Source of the DNA: Candidatus Omnitrophota bacterium
Lineage (GTDB): Bacteria; Omnitrophota; Gorgyraeia; Zapsychrales; Zapsychraceae
Direction of reading: 5' to 3'
DNA length: 64,000 nucleotides
Assembly (NCBI GenBank): GCA_028280285.1
Contig: JANQMA010000042.1
Location: 3,572-67,571 of the forward strand
In this document: positions 9,016-18,309 of the stretch, in pieces
Numbering within the stretch: position 1 is the first letter of the stretch
Layout of the letters: each line of letters opens with the position of its first letter
Made by a program: the position numbers and the translations under genes
The notes under the pieces: model-generated
What the model saw: only the letters and a program-made list of their open reading frames with translations
Told to the model about the DNA's origin: nothing
Databases searched by the model: none

Positions 9016-9372
9016 ATGGACATTTCAATCAATATTGAACATCGCCCTTGGGGATTTTATATTAAACTTTTTCAAGAGTCGGGTGTGTGGGTTAAGCGTG
9101 TAGAGGTCAAGCCTGGCTGCCGGTTAAGTTTGCAAAAACATGAACACCGTTCAGAAAAGTGGAATATTGTCACCGGAATCGGATTAATCAATCTTGATGA
9201 TCAAGAAATCAAAATAGGCCCTGGTTCGGTTATTGACATACCACTTGGGGCTGTGCATCGTATAGCTAATACCGGGGATGCGCCTCTTGTTTTTATTGAA
9301 GTGGCCTGCGGAGATAACTTGACCGAAGAAGATATTATTCGTATTGAGGATGACTATAAGAGGGATGCTTAA
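9016..9372 (+). CDS. Cupin-domain protein (mannose-6-phosphate isomerase type II C-terminal-like)
   Basis: Strong SD (aaggag) 8 nt upstream of the ATG at 9016. Cupin motifs GCRLSLQKHEHRSEKW and GAVHRIAN. Confidence 0.5.
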   Translation: MDISINIEHRPWGFYIKLFQESGVWVKRVEVKPGCRLSLQKHEHRSEKWNIVTGIGLINLDDQEIKIGPGSVIDIPLGAVHRIANTGDAPLVFIEVACGDNLTEEDIIRIEDDYKRDA

Positions 9373-10315
9373 AAATTTCCTAATTACAGGCGGCGCAGGT
9401 TTTATTGGTTCTCATTTTATCCGGCATCTTTTTCGTAACTATCCTTCCTATCAAATCAACAATCTCGATATTCTTAATTATGCTTCTAATCTTCACTTTT
9501 TAGAAGAAGCTGCCTTATCTGATCGGTACCGGTTTGTAAAAGAGGATGTTTGCAAAACACATAACTATTATTCTTTACTAGGAGAAGTTGATTGTATTGT
9601 GCACTTTGCCGCCCAGACACATGTTGACCGTTCGTTTAATGTGGTCGATGAGTTTATCCACGACAATATTGAGGGAACAGAGAAGTTGCTGGCGGCGATA
9701 CATAATTTAGAAAATATCAAACGTTTTGTGTATATTTCGACTGACGAAGTTTATGGGCCAATCGAACAAGGGTATGTTGATGAAAATGCAGTATTTAATC
9801 CAACTAATCCTTATGCGAAGACAAAGGCGACGGCAGATGCGGCTGTTCAGGAGTTTATAAAGCAGACTAATGTCCCTGCCATCATTATAAGACCGTCAAA
9901 TAATTTTGGTCCTAATCAGCACTTTGAGAAATTCATTCCAACTGTTATCACTAAAGCACTTAATCATTTTAGTGTTCCTGTTTATGGAGATGGGCACTAT
10001 TACCGTGAGTGGATTTATGTGGAAGATTGTGTGCGGGCCATTGATTTAATTATCCATAAAGGGCAGCCGGGGGAAATCTATAATGTAGGATCCAACAATA
10101 TTTGGAGTAATCTTGATTTAGCGAAAAAGATTATTAAGTTATGTGACAGGTCCGAAGGATTAATCGAGTTTGTCAGGGATCGTCCTGTACACGACAGACG
10201 CTATGCAATGGATTGCCGTAAACTTGCTAAACTTGGGTTTGAAATCAAAAGCGACTTTGAATTCTGCCTGCTGCGGACAATTGATTATTATTTGGATAAG
10301 ATCAGCAGGGGGTAG
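9344..10315 (+). CDS. NAD-dependent sugar nucleotide 4,6-dehydratase/epimerase (dTDP-glucose 4,6-dehydratase-like)
   Basis: Rossmann motif TGGAGFIGSH, STDEVYG and PYAKTKA (YxxxK). The start could be the internal Met at 9365. Confidence 0.6.
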   Translation: MRMTIRGMLKNFLITGGAGFIGSHFIRHLFRNYPSYQINNLDILNYASNLHFLEEAALSDRYRFVKEDVCKTHNYYSLLGEVDCIVHFAAQTHVDRSFNVVDEFIHDNIEGTEKLLAAIHNLENIKRFVYISTDEVYGPIEQGYVDENAVFNPTNPYAKTKATADAAVQEFIKQTNVPAIIIRPSNNFGPNQHFEKFIPTVITKALNHFSVPVYGDGHYYREWIYVEDCVRAIDLIIHKGQPGEIYNVGSNNIWSNLDLAKKIIKLCDRSEGLIEFVRDRPVHDRRYAMDCRKLAKLGFEIKSDFEFCLLRTIDYYLDKISRG

Positions 10316-10321
10316 TATCTT

Positions 10322-11686
10322 TTACTGCTTGCGCAAGTGCGACGGGAGGATATTTAGCTCTTTGCGGTATTTGCTTACGGTGCGGCGGGCAACTTTCATT
10401 TTTCTTTTCTCTAATATCTCTAAAATTTCTTGATCAGAAAAAGGTTGTTGTTTATTTTCCTCTTGGACAATCATACGCAGTTCTTCTTTAACGCTGCGGT
10501 TTGATATACTTTGATGGTTTCCATTTTTGGATACAGCTTGTGAAAAGAAATATTTAAGAGGAAATATGCCTTGAGGGGAATCCACGTATTTATTGCAAAT
10601 TGCGCGTGAAACTGTAGATTCATTGCGTCCTATTGTTCGGGCAATGTCGGCCAAGACCATTGGTTTAAGCGCGCTATAGCCTTCTTTAAAAAATTCCTGT
10701 TGATTGTTAACAATATAATCAGCGATCTCTTTAATGGTACTTTGTCTTTGTTCAATGCTTTTAATAAAGAGAAGGGCGCTTTTGATTTTGTCTTTGATGA
10801 ACTGCGTTTCTTCTGTGGTGCTGTTTGGCCGGTTGAGCATATTTTTATAGGCGGCGCTTACACGCAGCTGTGGGATGTACTCATTGGTGACGGTGGCCAC
10901 AAAATGATCATCCTGCTCAGTAATGATGATATCCGGTTTAATATAAAGATTGGCCGGTACTTCACTGAATTTTCTAGCCGGTTTTGGTTCCAGGGTCGCG
11001 ATTTCTTTAGCGTAAAGTCTGACATCCTCAGGACTGATTTTTAGTTTGCGTGCAATCGTATCAAACCTTTTCATGGCAAGGTCATCCAGATGGTCACGAA
11101 TGATAGATTGTATCATCTCACTATGTCCGTTAAAACGAAAGGGGATTTGTGCCAAAAGGCATTCTCTTAAATGGCGTGCCCCGATGCCCACAGGATCAAA
11201 AGTTTGAATTTGTTTCAGGATATTTTCCAGTTTATCGATATCAGCGATATTTAGCTCTTTTGCGATCTGTTGCATATTGCCCTCAAAGTAGCCGTCATTA
11301 TTGATGTAACTGATCAACAATTCCCCGATAGCAATATCCTGTGGATTATTCATTTCCACACGTAGTTGTTTAAGAAGATGTTCCTCAATGCCGATTGGTT
11401 TGGCAATGGGTTTTTCATCAGCGGTGTCATCATCACTGAAAAATGTGTCATTGACCGGTGTGATTGAATTTTGCTCGAAATTCTTTTTATTGTGGATGAT
11501 ATCGTTAATATAGCGGCTCAGTGTGGCTTCAACGTCCTCGGATTCAAGGACTGGGTTGGACTCCATTTCTGCCTCAATGGCTGTGCCCAGTTCAGCGATA
11601 GGTAGTTGCAGAACCTCGATTGATTGCTTCATCACAGGGGCAAAAATCTGCTTTTGGACTTGTTTTGTATTTTGTCTTAATTTCAT
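10322..11686 (-). CDS. rpoN: RNA polymerase sigma-54 factor
   Basis: Region I MKLRQ...QKQ...LQL. C-terminal HTH and RpoN box ARRTVSKYRKEL. 454 aa. Confidence 0.85.
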   Translation of the reverse strand: MKLRQNTKQVQKQIFAPVMKQSIEVLQLPIAELGTAIEAEMESNPVLESEDVEATLSRYINDIIHNKKNFEQNSITPVNDTFFSDDDTADEKPIAKPIGIEEHLLKQLRVEMNNPQDIAIGELLISYINNDGYFEGNMQQIAKELNIADIDKLENILKQIQTFDPVGIGARHLRECLLAQIPFRFNGHSEMIQSIIRDHLDDLAMKRFDTIARKLKISPEDVRLYAKEIATLEPKPARKFSEVPANLYIKPDIIITEQDDHFVATVTNEYIPQLRVSAAYKNMLNRPNSTTEETQFIKDKIKSALLFIKSIEQRQSTIKEIADYIVNNQQEFFKEGYSALKPMVLADIARTIGRNESTVSRAICNKYVDSPQGIFPLKYFFSQAVSKNGNHQSISNRSVKEELRMIVQEENKQQPFSDQEILEILEKRKMKVARRTVSKYRKELNILPSHLRKQ

Positions 11687-11916
11687 AGCTCGCAGCCTTG
11701 AATTTATTTATGCAAGAAGTATACCACATTTTGATAGGGGGGCAAATTTTTTTCAGTCAGGCTGTAACTTACTAATATATATGTAAATATAAGAATTATT
11801 TTTTAGATGAATTCATTTCGTTCATAAAATAGCTTGCGATCGGCACTGTTTATTAAAATAGACATTGTTCTAACTTGTTGCTATAATGCCTTTTCCAGGA
11901 ATGTCCGGGTATGTCC

Positions 11917-11934
11917 TGGACACAGATGTTTAAT
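11917..11934. promoter_or_regulatory. Perfect 18-bp palindrome TGTTTAATCATTTAAACA, candidate enhancer/UAS
   Basis: Lies about 115 bp upstream of the sigma-54 promoter at 12045, the position expected for an NtrC-type activator site. Confidence 0.35.
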
Positions 11935-12044
11935 CATTTAAACAATCGGAATGTGTGGGTGGGTTAGTTAAGCAGTACGGCACATCATTACAAGTTGTTT
12001 TATACCAGCTATTTATGTATTTAAAAGTGACTATCTGAGGTAGT

Positions 12045-12060
12045 TGGCATGTTATTTGCT
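12045..12060 (+). promoter_or_regulatory. Sigma-54 (-24/-12) promoter
   Basis: TGGCATGTTATTTGCT matches the TGGCAC-N5-TTGCW consensus, with GG and GC spaced exactly 12 nt apart. It precedes the HTH gene and the Wza-Wzz-ATPase-kinase operon. Confidence 0.7.
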
Positions 12061-12130
12061 TATGTTGGAGGTAAGAGATTCGGGGGGAGCCGAACACAAC
12101 AAGGAAGAATATAAACTAAGGAGAATAATA

Positions 12131-12319
12131 GTGAATAAGCGAATGACTATCACAGAAGTGGCTGAGCTTGTCGGGATCAGCCCAAAGACCATTGTCCGTT
12201 GGGAGAAGGTCGGAAAGGTTAAGAAAGCAAAACGCGACTGGAGAGGATGGCGTGTTTATGATGAAAGCGATTTGACCGATATCCGCCAATTCCGCGAGAC
12301 CATTGTTGAAGTAAACTAA
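12131..12319 (+). CDS. Small excisionase/MerR-family HTH DNA-binding protein
   Basis: aaggag SD, then a GTG start at 12131. MTITEVAELVGISPKTIVRWEKVGKV matches the excisionase-family HTH. The 5' part of the longer ORF overlaps the promoter and is unlikely to be coding. Confidence 0.5.
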   Translation: MNKRMTITEVAELVGISPKTIVRWEKVGKVKKAKRDWRGWRVYDESDLTDIRQFRETIVEVN

Positions 12320-12330
12320 CCTTTTTATTT

Positions 12331-13086
12331 GTGGAGTGTAACGAAATGAGATTATTGATGAATAAATATAGTTGCTCTGTCCTGATAGTTGTGTTTGTCC
12401 TATTGTTTTGGACAACATCAGCCGGGGCACAAACGAATTTTGGCGATGTCATCGAAAGCGAAGAGACCTTAAGCGGGCAAGAATTATTACCACAACCAAG
12501 TAAATTATATACACTTGGTATTGATGATGTCATTGCAATAAACGTGTTAAGGCATCCAGAGGTGAGCGGCGAGTATATGGTTAATAATGAAGGTAATATT
12601 CAGTACGAATTCGTTGGAGATCTTTCTATTAAAAATAAAACAAAAAAGGAAGTGAAAGAGATCATTGAGCAGGCTTTGGAAAAATATATTATAGCGCCGG
12701 AGGTGACGGTTAAAATTATAGGGTATAACAGTAAAGTTGTTTATGTGATCGGAGAGGTTGGTCGACCCGGTAAAATATTTATTAGGGGAGATACGATTAC
12801 AATCCGTGAGGCACTTGTGCAGGCAGGGTTACCTACATTAAGTGCAAAGGCATCAAACAGTATGCTTATTACGCCAACGGAAGATGGCAAACCGGTTCAA
12901 ACCAAAGTTAATGTTAAGAAGCTTTTATTTGAAGGGGATTTAAGGGAAAATCTAGTTATGAAGCCCGGCGACACACTTTATGTGCCACCAACAGCGATGG
13001 CCAAGGCTATGCGGGTGATTCAACCAATTACAGCTCCGATTACAAATGCTGGTGGAGCTGCGCGTACGGTGACAACAGGATTTTAA
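12331..13086 (+). CDS. Periplasmic polysaccharide export protein (Wza/EpsE-like, Poly_export + SLBB)
   Basis: Signal peptide. YTLGIDDVIAINV... and VYVIGEVGRPG motifs typical of Wza-family export proteins. Confidence 0.75.
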   Translation: MECNEMRLLMNKYSCSVLIVVFVLLFWTTSAGAQTNFGDVIESEETLSGQELLPQPSKLYTLGIDDVIAINVLRHPEVSGEYMVNNEGNIQYEFVGDLSIKNKTKKEVKEIIEQALEKYIIAPEVTVKIIGYNSKVVYVIGEVGRPGKIFIRGDTITIREALVQAGLPTLSAKASNSMLITPTEDGKPVQTKVNVKKLLFEGDLRENLVMKPGDTLYVPPTAMAKAMRVIQPITAPITNAGGAARTVTTGF

Positions 13087-13088
13087 AT

Positions 13089-13146
13089 TTAGTTGTTTGT
13101 TGTTAGGGGAATTTTTTTCAACAACTAACAACCGACAACAAACAAC
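13089..13146. repeat. Intergenic hairpin built from TGTTGT units
   Basis: agttgtttgttgttagggg ... ctaacaaccgacaacaaacaact. Confidence 0.5.
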
Positions 13147-13167
13147 TAATAAATAAAGGACAAATTA

Positions 13168-14451
13168 ATGAGCGAAACACCAACAATATCACCAATGAAT
13201 TATTTGAAGATTTTCTTTAGACGCAAAGAGATGCTGATCATTCCGGCCATACTTGGTCTTGTGGTGGGAATTTGTACCAGTATGGTTCTTCCTAAAAAAT
13301 ATGTGTCATCTACGGTTTTACTGGTTGAAGATGGAAAGACGGATAATCCTTTATTTGCCCAGATCGCTGTTTCAACAACAATTCAACAGCGTTTGGCAAC
13401 CATTCGTGAATCGATGCTCGGCTGGAATAGTGTGGTTAAGTTAGTTAAACGACTCGGAATGGATAAAGAAATTAAGACACAGAAAGAGTTCGAAAGCCTT
13501 ATTTCCAAAATACGAAGAAATATTATTATTAAATTAAAAAGCAATAATATCATTAATCTGTCCTACGTAGGGGATGAGCCCAAGCAGACACAGTTAGTTG
13601 TTAAAAATATTACCGATATATTTATAGAACGCAACGTAGATATTCAAAATGAAGATACGACGGATGCTGTTGTTTTTATTGAAGAGCAATTAAAGGTTTA
13701 CCGCAGTAAGATTAAATCCTCTGAAATTGCTAAATTAAAAGAAAGTCTTAACACGCTTCTTGTTGATTCAACCGAAGCCCATCCGCGTGTTAAACAATTG
13801 AGAGAATTAATTAAAGCAAAGCAAAATGAGCTAAAAAAAGAAAATCTCGAATATATTGAAACCACACCGACGGATTTTGATAAAGATAATCCTATTATTT
13901 CTGAAATTAAAAAGACATTGGATACGATGGAACAAAAAACAGAAAGCAATGTAAAAAAAGAAGGAATTGATGAGCAAAATCTGTATAAGGTTATGTTGAT
14001 AGATAAGTTAGACAATGCGATGGCGCGTGATGAAAATGTAAACAATAAGATTTATAATATGTTGCTAGAGAGATTGGAGACTGCCAAAATCACACAACGT
14101 TTGCAATCGTCCAAAGAAGGAACGCGCTACACGGTTCTTGATCCGCCACGTGTACCGCTGACTCATTCAAAACCAAATAAAAAGGTCGTGGCTGCTGCCG
14201 GTCTTGCCATTGGACTGGGAATCGGTATTGGATTGATTTTTATCAGTGAATTTTTGGACAAATCCTTTTTGGATGTTGAAGAGGCTAATCACTTTTTTGG
14301 ACAACCTTTGCTTGGAGCGATTTCAAAAATTACAACGGAAGATAATATTAAAAAAGAACGTGAAAAGGCGATATGCCTTTATACGATAACTCTTATAGTC
14401 GGCATCGCTGCCGTCATGATTACAAAGGCTGTTGTTAATTTTCAAGGATAA
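13168..14451 (+). CDS. Polysaccharide chain-length determinant protein (Wzz/GumC-like, PEP-CTERM locus type)
   Basis: N-terminal TM, long coiled-coil periplasmic region, and a C-terminal TM (GLAIGLGIGIGLIFI). Confidence 0.7.
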   Translation: MSETPTISPMNYLKIFFRRKEMLIIPAILGLVVGICTSMVLPKKYVSSTVLLVEDGKTDNPLFAQIAVSTTIQQRLATIRESMLGWNSVVKLVKRLGMDKEIKTQKEFESLISKIRRNIIIKLKSNNIINLSYVGDEPKQTQLVVKNITDIFIERNVDIQNEDTTDAVVFIEEQLKVYRSKIKSSEIAKLKESLNTLLVDSTEAHPRVKQLRELIKAKQNELKKENLEYIETTPTDFDKDNPIISEIKKTLDTMEQKTESNVKKEGIDEQNLYKVMLIDKLDNAMARDENVNNKIYNMLLERLETAKITQRLQSSKEGTRYTVLDPPRVPLTHSKPNKKVVAAAGLAIGLGIGIGLIFISEFLDKSFLDVEEANHFFGQPLLGAISKITTEDNIKKEREKAICLYTITLIVGIAAVMITKAVVNFQG

Positions 14452-14463
14452 GAGGTAGTTAAT

Positions 14464-15330
14464 ATGTATGATTCATTTTATAAATTTAAAGAGCCGCCAT
14501 TTAATTTAACGCCGAATTCACGCTTTTTCTTTGAAAGTGATCGGCATACAGAGGCACTCAGTACACTTTATTATGCGATTGAACAGCGTAAGGGTTTTGT
14601 TGTTATAACCGGGGACATTGGATCGGGCAAAACAACTGTTTGCCGTGCACTTATCAATAAATTAAGTGCCAACACGCAAGTAGCGCTTGTGACTAATACC
14701 CATTTAAGCGGTAAAGACCTTTTGGTAAGTATTTTAGATGATTTGGAAGTTGATTATAAGCCGGGCTCAAAAGCTAAGCTGCATGGACAACTTAATGATT
14801 ATTTGATTCAGCAGTTATCAAGAGATAATAATGTTGTTCTAATCATCGATGAGGCGCAGAATTTAACACCGTCTGTTTTAGAAGAGGTCCGCATGCTTTC
14901 AAACCTTGAGACAGAGAATGAAAAACTGATCCAGATTTTGTTTTTAGGACAACCCGAGCTTAAGAAAAAGTTATCGCTTGGAAAACTTGAGCAGTTGCGT
15001 CAACGTATAGCGGTATATTATGAGTTGGCTCCACTTTCGGCGGACGATACACGCAAGTATATTAAACACCGTTTACAAGTTGCGAGTGAAAGCGACCGTG
15101 AATACTTTACAGAAGGGGCGATTGCGCGGGTGTGCGAATTCTCCGGCGGTGTGCCGCGGCTTATTAATAGCACGTGCGACAATGCGCTTTTAACAGGATT
15201 TGCCGAAGGAAAGGATAAGATTGGATTAGATATTATCGAAGAGGTTATTGCCGAGTCCCCAATGACACAGTTGGCACCCAAAATACCTAAGACAAAAATA
15301 AAAGAAGAAGAGTTAAGAGATATTAAATAA
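14464..15330 (+). CDS. ExeA-like AAA ATPase (putative secretion ATPase, PEP-CTERM locus subfamily)
   Basis: Walker A GDIGSGKTT and Walker B LIIDEAQNL. Conserved position after the chain-length determinant. Confidence 0.7.
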   Translation: MYDSFYKFKEPPFNLTPNSRFFFESDRHTEALSTLYYAIEQRKGFVVITGDIGSGKTTVCRALINKLSANTQVALVTNTHLSGKDLLVSILDDLEVDYKPGSKAKLHGQLNDYLIQQLSRDNNVVLIIDEAQNLTPSVLEEVRMLSNLETENEKLIQILFLGQPELKKKLSLGKLEQLRQRIAVYYELAPLSADDTRKYIKHRLQVASESDREYFTEGAIARVCEFSGGVPRLINSTCDNALLTGFAEGKDKIGLDIIEEVIAESPMTQLAPKIPKTKIKEEELRDIK

Positions 15331-15356
15331 GCTTAAGAAGAAGATAGAGGTTAAAT

Positions 15357-16142
15357 ATGGGAAAAATTACCAATGCACTTAAAAAAGCGGCTGAAGAGCG
15401 CATGGAACACCTCGATAAAAAGGTGAAACTTAAAGAACGCGAACGCTTTATTGTAAAAAAGGTAAGTGAATCGTCGGTTAATCCGGCAATTATTACACAT
15501 TTTGATCCAAAAGCTCTTGTCTCCGAGCAGTTCAAAGTACTTAGAACAAATATTCTCTCGATGAATAAAGGTGTGCCGCCAAAGGTGTTTGGTGTCACAA
15601 GTTCTATTCATGCCGAAGGAAAGACGGTGACATCGCTTAATTTGGCTGTCTCACTTTCTCAAGCGATGCATAAACCAAAGGTTCTTTTGGTTGATGCGGA
15701 TATGCGTAAAGGAAAAATGGCCAAATACCTTGGAGTCGATCAAAAGATCGGCTTGTCTGATATCCTGGAAGGTAAGGAAGGAAGTAAAGAAGCAATATTT
15801 AATATCGAAGATGAAAATTTAGCATTTATTGCATCAGGAGAAGTTCCGGAATATCCATCAGAACTATTGTCTTCGAAAACATTCAAGAATTTCCTAAGTG
15901 ATATGCGCAACCAATTTGATCATGTGATTATCGATACTCCGCCTATTGTGCCGGTAACAGATGCTGGTATTATTGGAGCCCAGCTTGATGGGTTAATTCT
16001 TGTTGTTCAAGCCGGACGTACACAAAGAGGGGTTGTAAGGCGTGCGGAGGAACTACTTTATCAATCACATTCAAAGGTGCTAGGGCATGTGTTGACGAAT
16101 ATTGAGTACCATTTACCGGAGTATATTTACCGGTATCTGTAG
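15357..16142 (+). CDS. Exopolysaccharide tyrosine autokinase (CpsD/CapB-like P-loop)
   Basis: Walker A' SSIHAEGKTVTS. DADMRKG and VIIDTPP motifs. Tyr-rich tail YHLPEYIYRYL. Confidence 0.7.
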   Translation: MGKITNALKKAAEERMEHLDKKVKLKERERFIVKKVSESSVNPAIITHFDPKALVSEQFKVLRTNILSMNKGVPPKVFGVTSSIHAEGKTVTSLNLAVSLSQAMHKPKVLLVDADMRKGKMAKYLGVDQKIGLSDILEGKEGSKEAIFNIEDENLAFIASGEVPEYPSELLSSKTFKNFLSDMRNQFDHVIIDTPPIVPVTDAGIIGAQLDGLILVVQAGRTQRGVVRRAEELLYQSHSKVLGHVLTNIEYHLPEYIYRYL

Positions 16143-16151
16143 AGATTATGT

Positions 16152-17009
16152 ATGGCACGTAAATTTTATAATGACTGGATTGAAAGTGCACTCGATATCC
16201 TGCCCAAATGTTTTTTGACAGATTTGTTTTATTCCTATTGGAGGTTTACGGCCATTAATAAACGTATGCCGAATTTTTTTTCCCCGAAAGGGATAAATGA
16301 AAAAATTCATTATATTAAGCTTTTTAACAGAGCAAATGTTAATTGTGATTGGGCTGATAAATATTTGGTAAGAGAATATGTGAAACAAAAAATTGGTGAA
16401 CACTTTTTAGTACCTTTGTTAGGAGTTTATGAGTCGGTTGATGACATAAATTTTAATGAACTGCCGGATCAGTTTGTTTTGAAATGTACGCATACATCGG
16501 GATACAATGTTCTTTGCCGAAACCGAAAAGATTTTGATGTTGAGCATGCAAAGAAAAAATTACAAGAAGGGTTGTGTTTAAATTATTACGATAAAAGAAG
16601 AGAGTGGGTGTATAAAAATTTAAAACCCCGTATTGTGTGCGAAAAATATATTGGAGATATGTGGGATTACAAATTTTGGTGTTTTCACGGGGAGCCCCGA
16701 TTTTTGCAAGTTGATATGGGTAGATTTACCAACCATACAAGAAATTTTTATGATACCGATTGGGTGAGGCAGCCTTTTAAACAAGTTATGTACGATACTG
16801 GCGATGATTGTTTGAAGCCTGAAAATTTTGATAATATGGTTGAAATTGCAAAAAAATTGTCCAAGGGAACAAAATTACTTAGAGTCGATTTGTATTCGAT
16901 AAATGATAAAATTTATTTTGGAGAATTAACTTTTTATCCCGGGAATGGCTTGGAAAACTTTGAACCGCAAAAATATGAAAATATTTTAGGTGATTTATTA
17001 GTTGTATAA
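16152..17009 (+). CDS. ATP-grasp fold protein, TupA-like
   Basis: Length and motifs (LKCTHTSGYN, FWCFHGEP, LRVDLY) resemble the teichuronopeptide TupA-like ATP-grasp family found in EPS loci. Confidence 0.45.
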   Translation: MARKFYNDWIESALDILPKCFLTDLFYSYWRFTAINKRMPNFFSPKGINEKIHYIKLFNRANVNCDWADKYLVREYVKQKIGEHFLVPLLGVYESVDDINFNELPDQFVLKCTHTSGYNVLCRNRKDFDVEHAKKKLQEGLCLNYYDKRREWVYKNLKPRIVCEKYIGDMWDYKFWCFHGEPRFLQVDMGRFTNHTRNFYDTDWVRQPFKQVMYDTGDDCLKPENFDNMVEIAKKLSKGTKLLRVDLYSINDKIYFGELTFYPGNGLENFEPQKYENILGDLLVV

Positions 17010-17094
17010 ATATTAAATTCAAGGGGAGCAGGCAATATTTAAAGATTTAAAATATTATCTGCTCTCTTTTTTTACATAATTTATTAATATTAAT

Positions 17095-18309
17095 ATGAAT
17101 ATATTACATATTACAACTGCCGGTGAGTTTAGCATACTAGGTGCGAGAGATCCCAAAGATGATTTCGGAGGCGGGGTTACCAAGAATATGTTGGAGTGCG
17201 CGCGCTATGCCCGAAATAATGACCACTATAAGAGCTATATTGTTTGTGTCAATGAGTGCGGGTTTGTTCAACAAGCAAAAGAATATGGTTTTACGGTTAA
17301 TGTTATTTCGTCGTTCTGGATTAAGCTATTTGGGCGGCCGATTACTGTATGGATTAATGTTAAGCATCTCAAGGAAATTATTCGCAAGTATAAAATTGAT
17401 GTTGTTCATGCTTATAATTTTGCTGCCGGTTTAAGCGGTGGTATCGCGGCTAAACAATGCCGTGTGCCTATGGTTACAAGCGTTCATCAAGACATTAGTG
17501 ATTATGTTACTACAAGTAATAATATTATTATTAAAATTCTGAGTTTTTTAAGAAAATCTATTATTCTAAGTCTATGGCGATGGGGTACGGCACCCTTATC
17601 TAACAAAATACTTCCCGTTTCCAACTCAGTTGGGGATGAGGTTAAACAAATCGGTATAAACCATCAAAAAATTCAAACAGTATATAATGGGCTTGATTTT
17701 GAAAAATTGATGCAACAGGAAGATGCGATAGCAGGTATACGGAAGGAATTTAATATCACACATAATGATTATCTAATAGGATCGGTAGGACGCTTATCCC
17801 CTGTTAAGGGGTATGAATATCTAATCAGAACTGTATATGAGATTAAAAAAAACCACTCTAATGTCAAATTGATTTTAATAGGTGAGGGAGAAAAAAGAGT
17901 AGAACTTGAAAGTTTAATTAAAAAATTAAATATGGAAAATGATATGTTTTTGCCTGGATTTCGCATGGATGTAAATAAATGCATTAAGGAATTTGATTGT
18001 TTTGTCTTGCCTTCGTTGATGGAGGGCATGCCAACAGTCCTTTTAGAAGCTATGTATGCGAAGGTGCCTGTGGTGGCAACGGCGGTGAGTGGAACGCCGG
18101 AAATTGTTAAGGATTTAAAAACCGGACGTTTGGTGAGTCCAAAAGATGTAGCAGACCTGAAAGAAAAGATTGAGTATGTTTTAACAAGTCACTCGCAAGT
18201 TAAAGAAATGGTGGCGGCAGCCTATGAGATGACGGTTAATCATTTTAGCCTTGATAAGAAGGTTGCAACCTTAGCCCAAATATATAGCACAGCGAAAGGT
18301 AATCAATAA
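17095..18309 (+). CDS. Family-4 glycosyltransferase
   Basis: GT4 C-terminal motifs: LPSLMEGMPTVLLEAMYAKVPVVAT and GRLV. Confidence 0.7.
   Translation: MNILHITTAGEFSILGARDPKDDFGGGVTKNMLECARYARNNDHYKSYIVCVNECGFVQQAKEYGFTVNVISSFWIKLFGRPITVWINVKHLKEIIRKYKIDVVHAYNFAAGLSGGIAAKQCRVPMVTSVHQDISDYVTTSNNIIIKILSFLRKSIILSLWRWGTAPLSNKILPVSNSVGDEVKQIGINHQKIQTVYNGLDFEKLMQQEDAIAGIRKEFNITHNDYLIGSVGRLSPVKGYEYLIRTVYEIKKNHSNVKLILIGEGEKRVELESLIKKLNMENDMFLPGFRMDVNKCIKEFDCFVLPSLMEGMPTVLLEAMYAKVPVVATAVSGTPEIVKDLKTGRLVSPKDVADLKEKIEYVLTSHSQVKEMVAAAYEMTVNHFSLDKKVATLAQIYSTAKGNQ

Noticed and set aside
12116-12533. Minus-strand ORFs 12116-12430 and 12219-12533 (104 aa each)
   Set aside because: They overlap the sigma-54 promoter-driven HTH gene and the start of the wza-like gene on the opposite strand. 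They have no start context or motifs.
16153-16169. TGGCACGTAAATTTTAT resembling a sigma-54 -24 element at the start of the ATP-grasp gene
   Set aside because: The -12 position reads TTTT instead of TTGC, and it lies inside the start codon region of the ORF.
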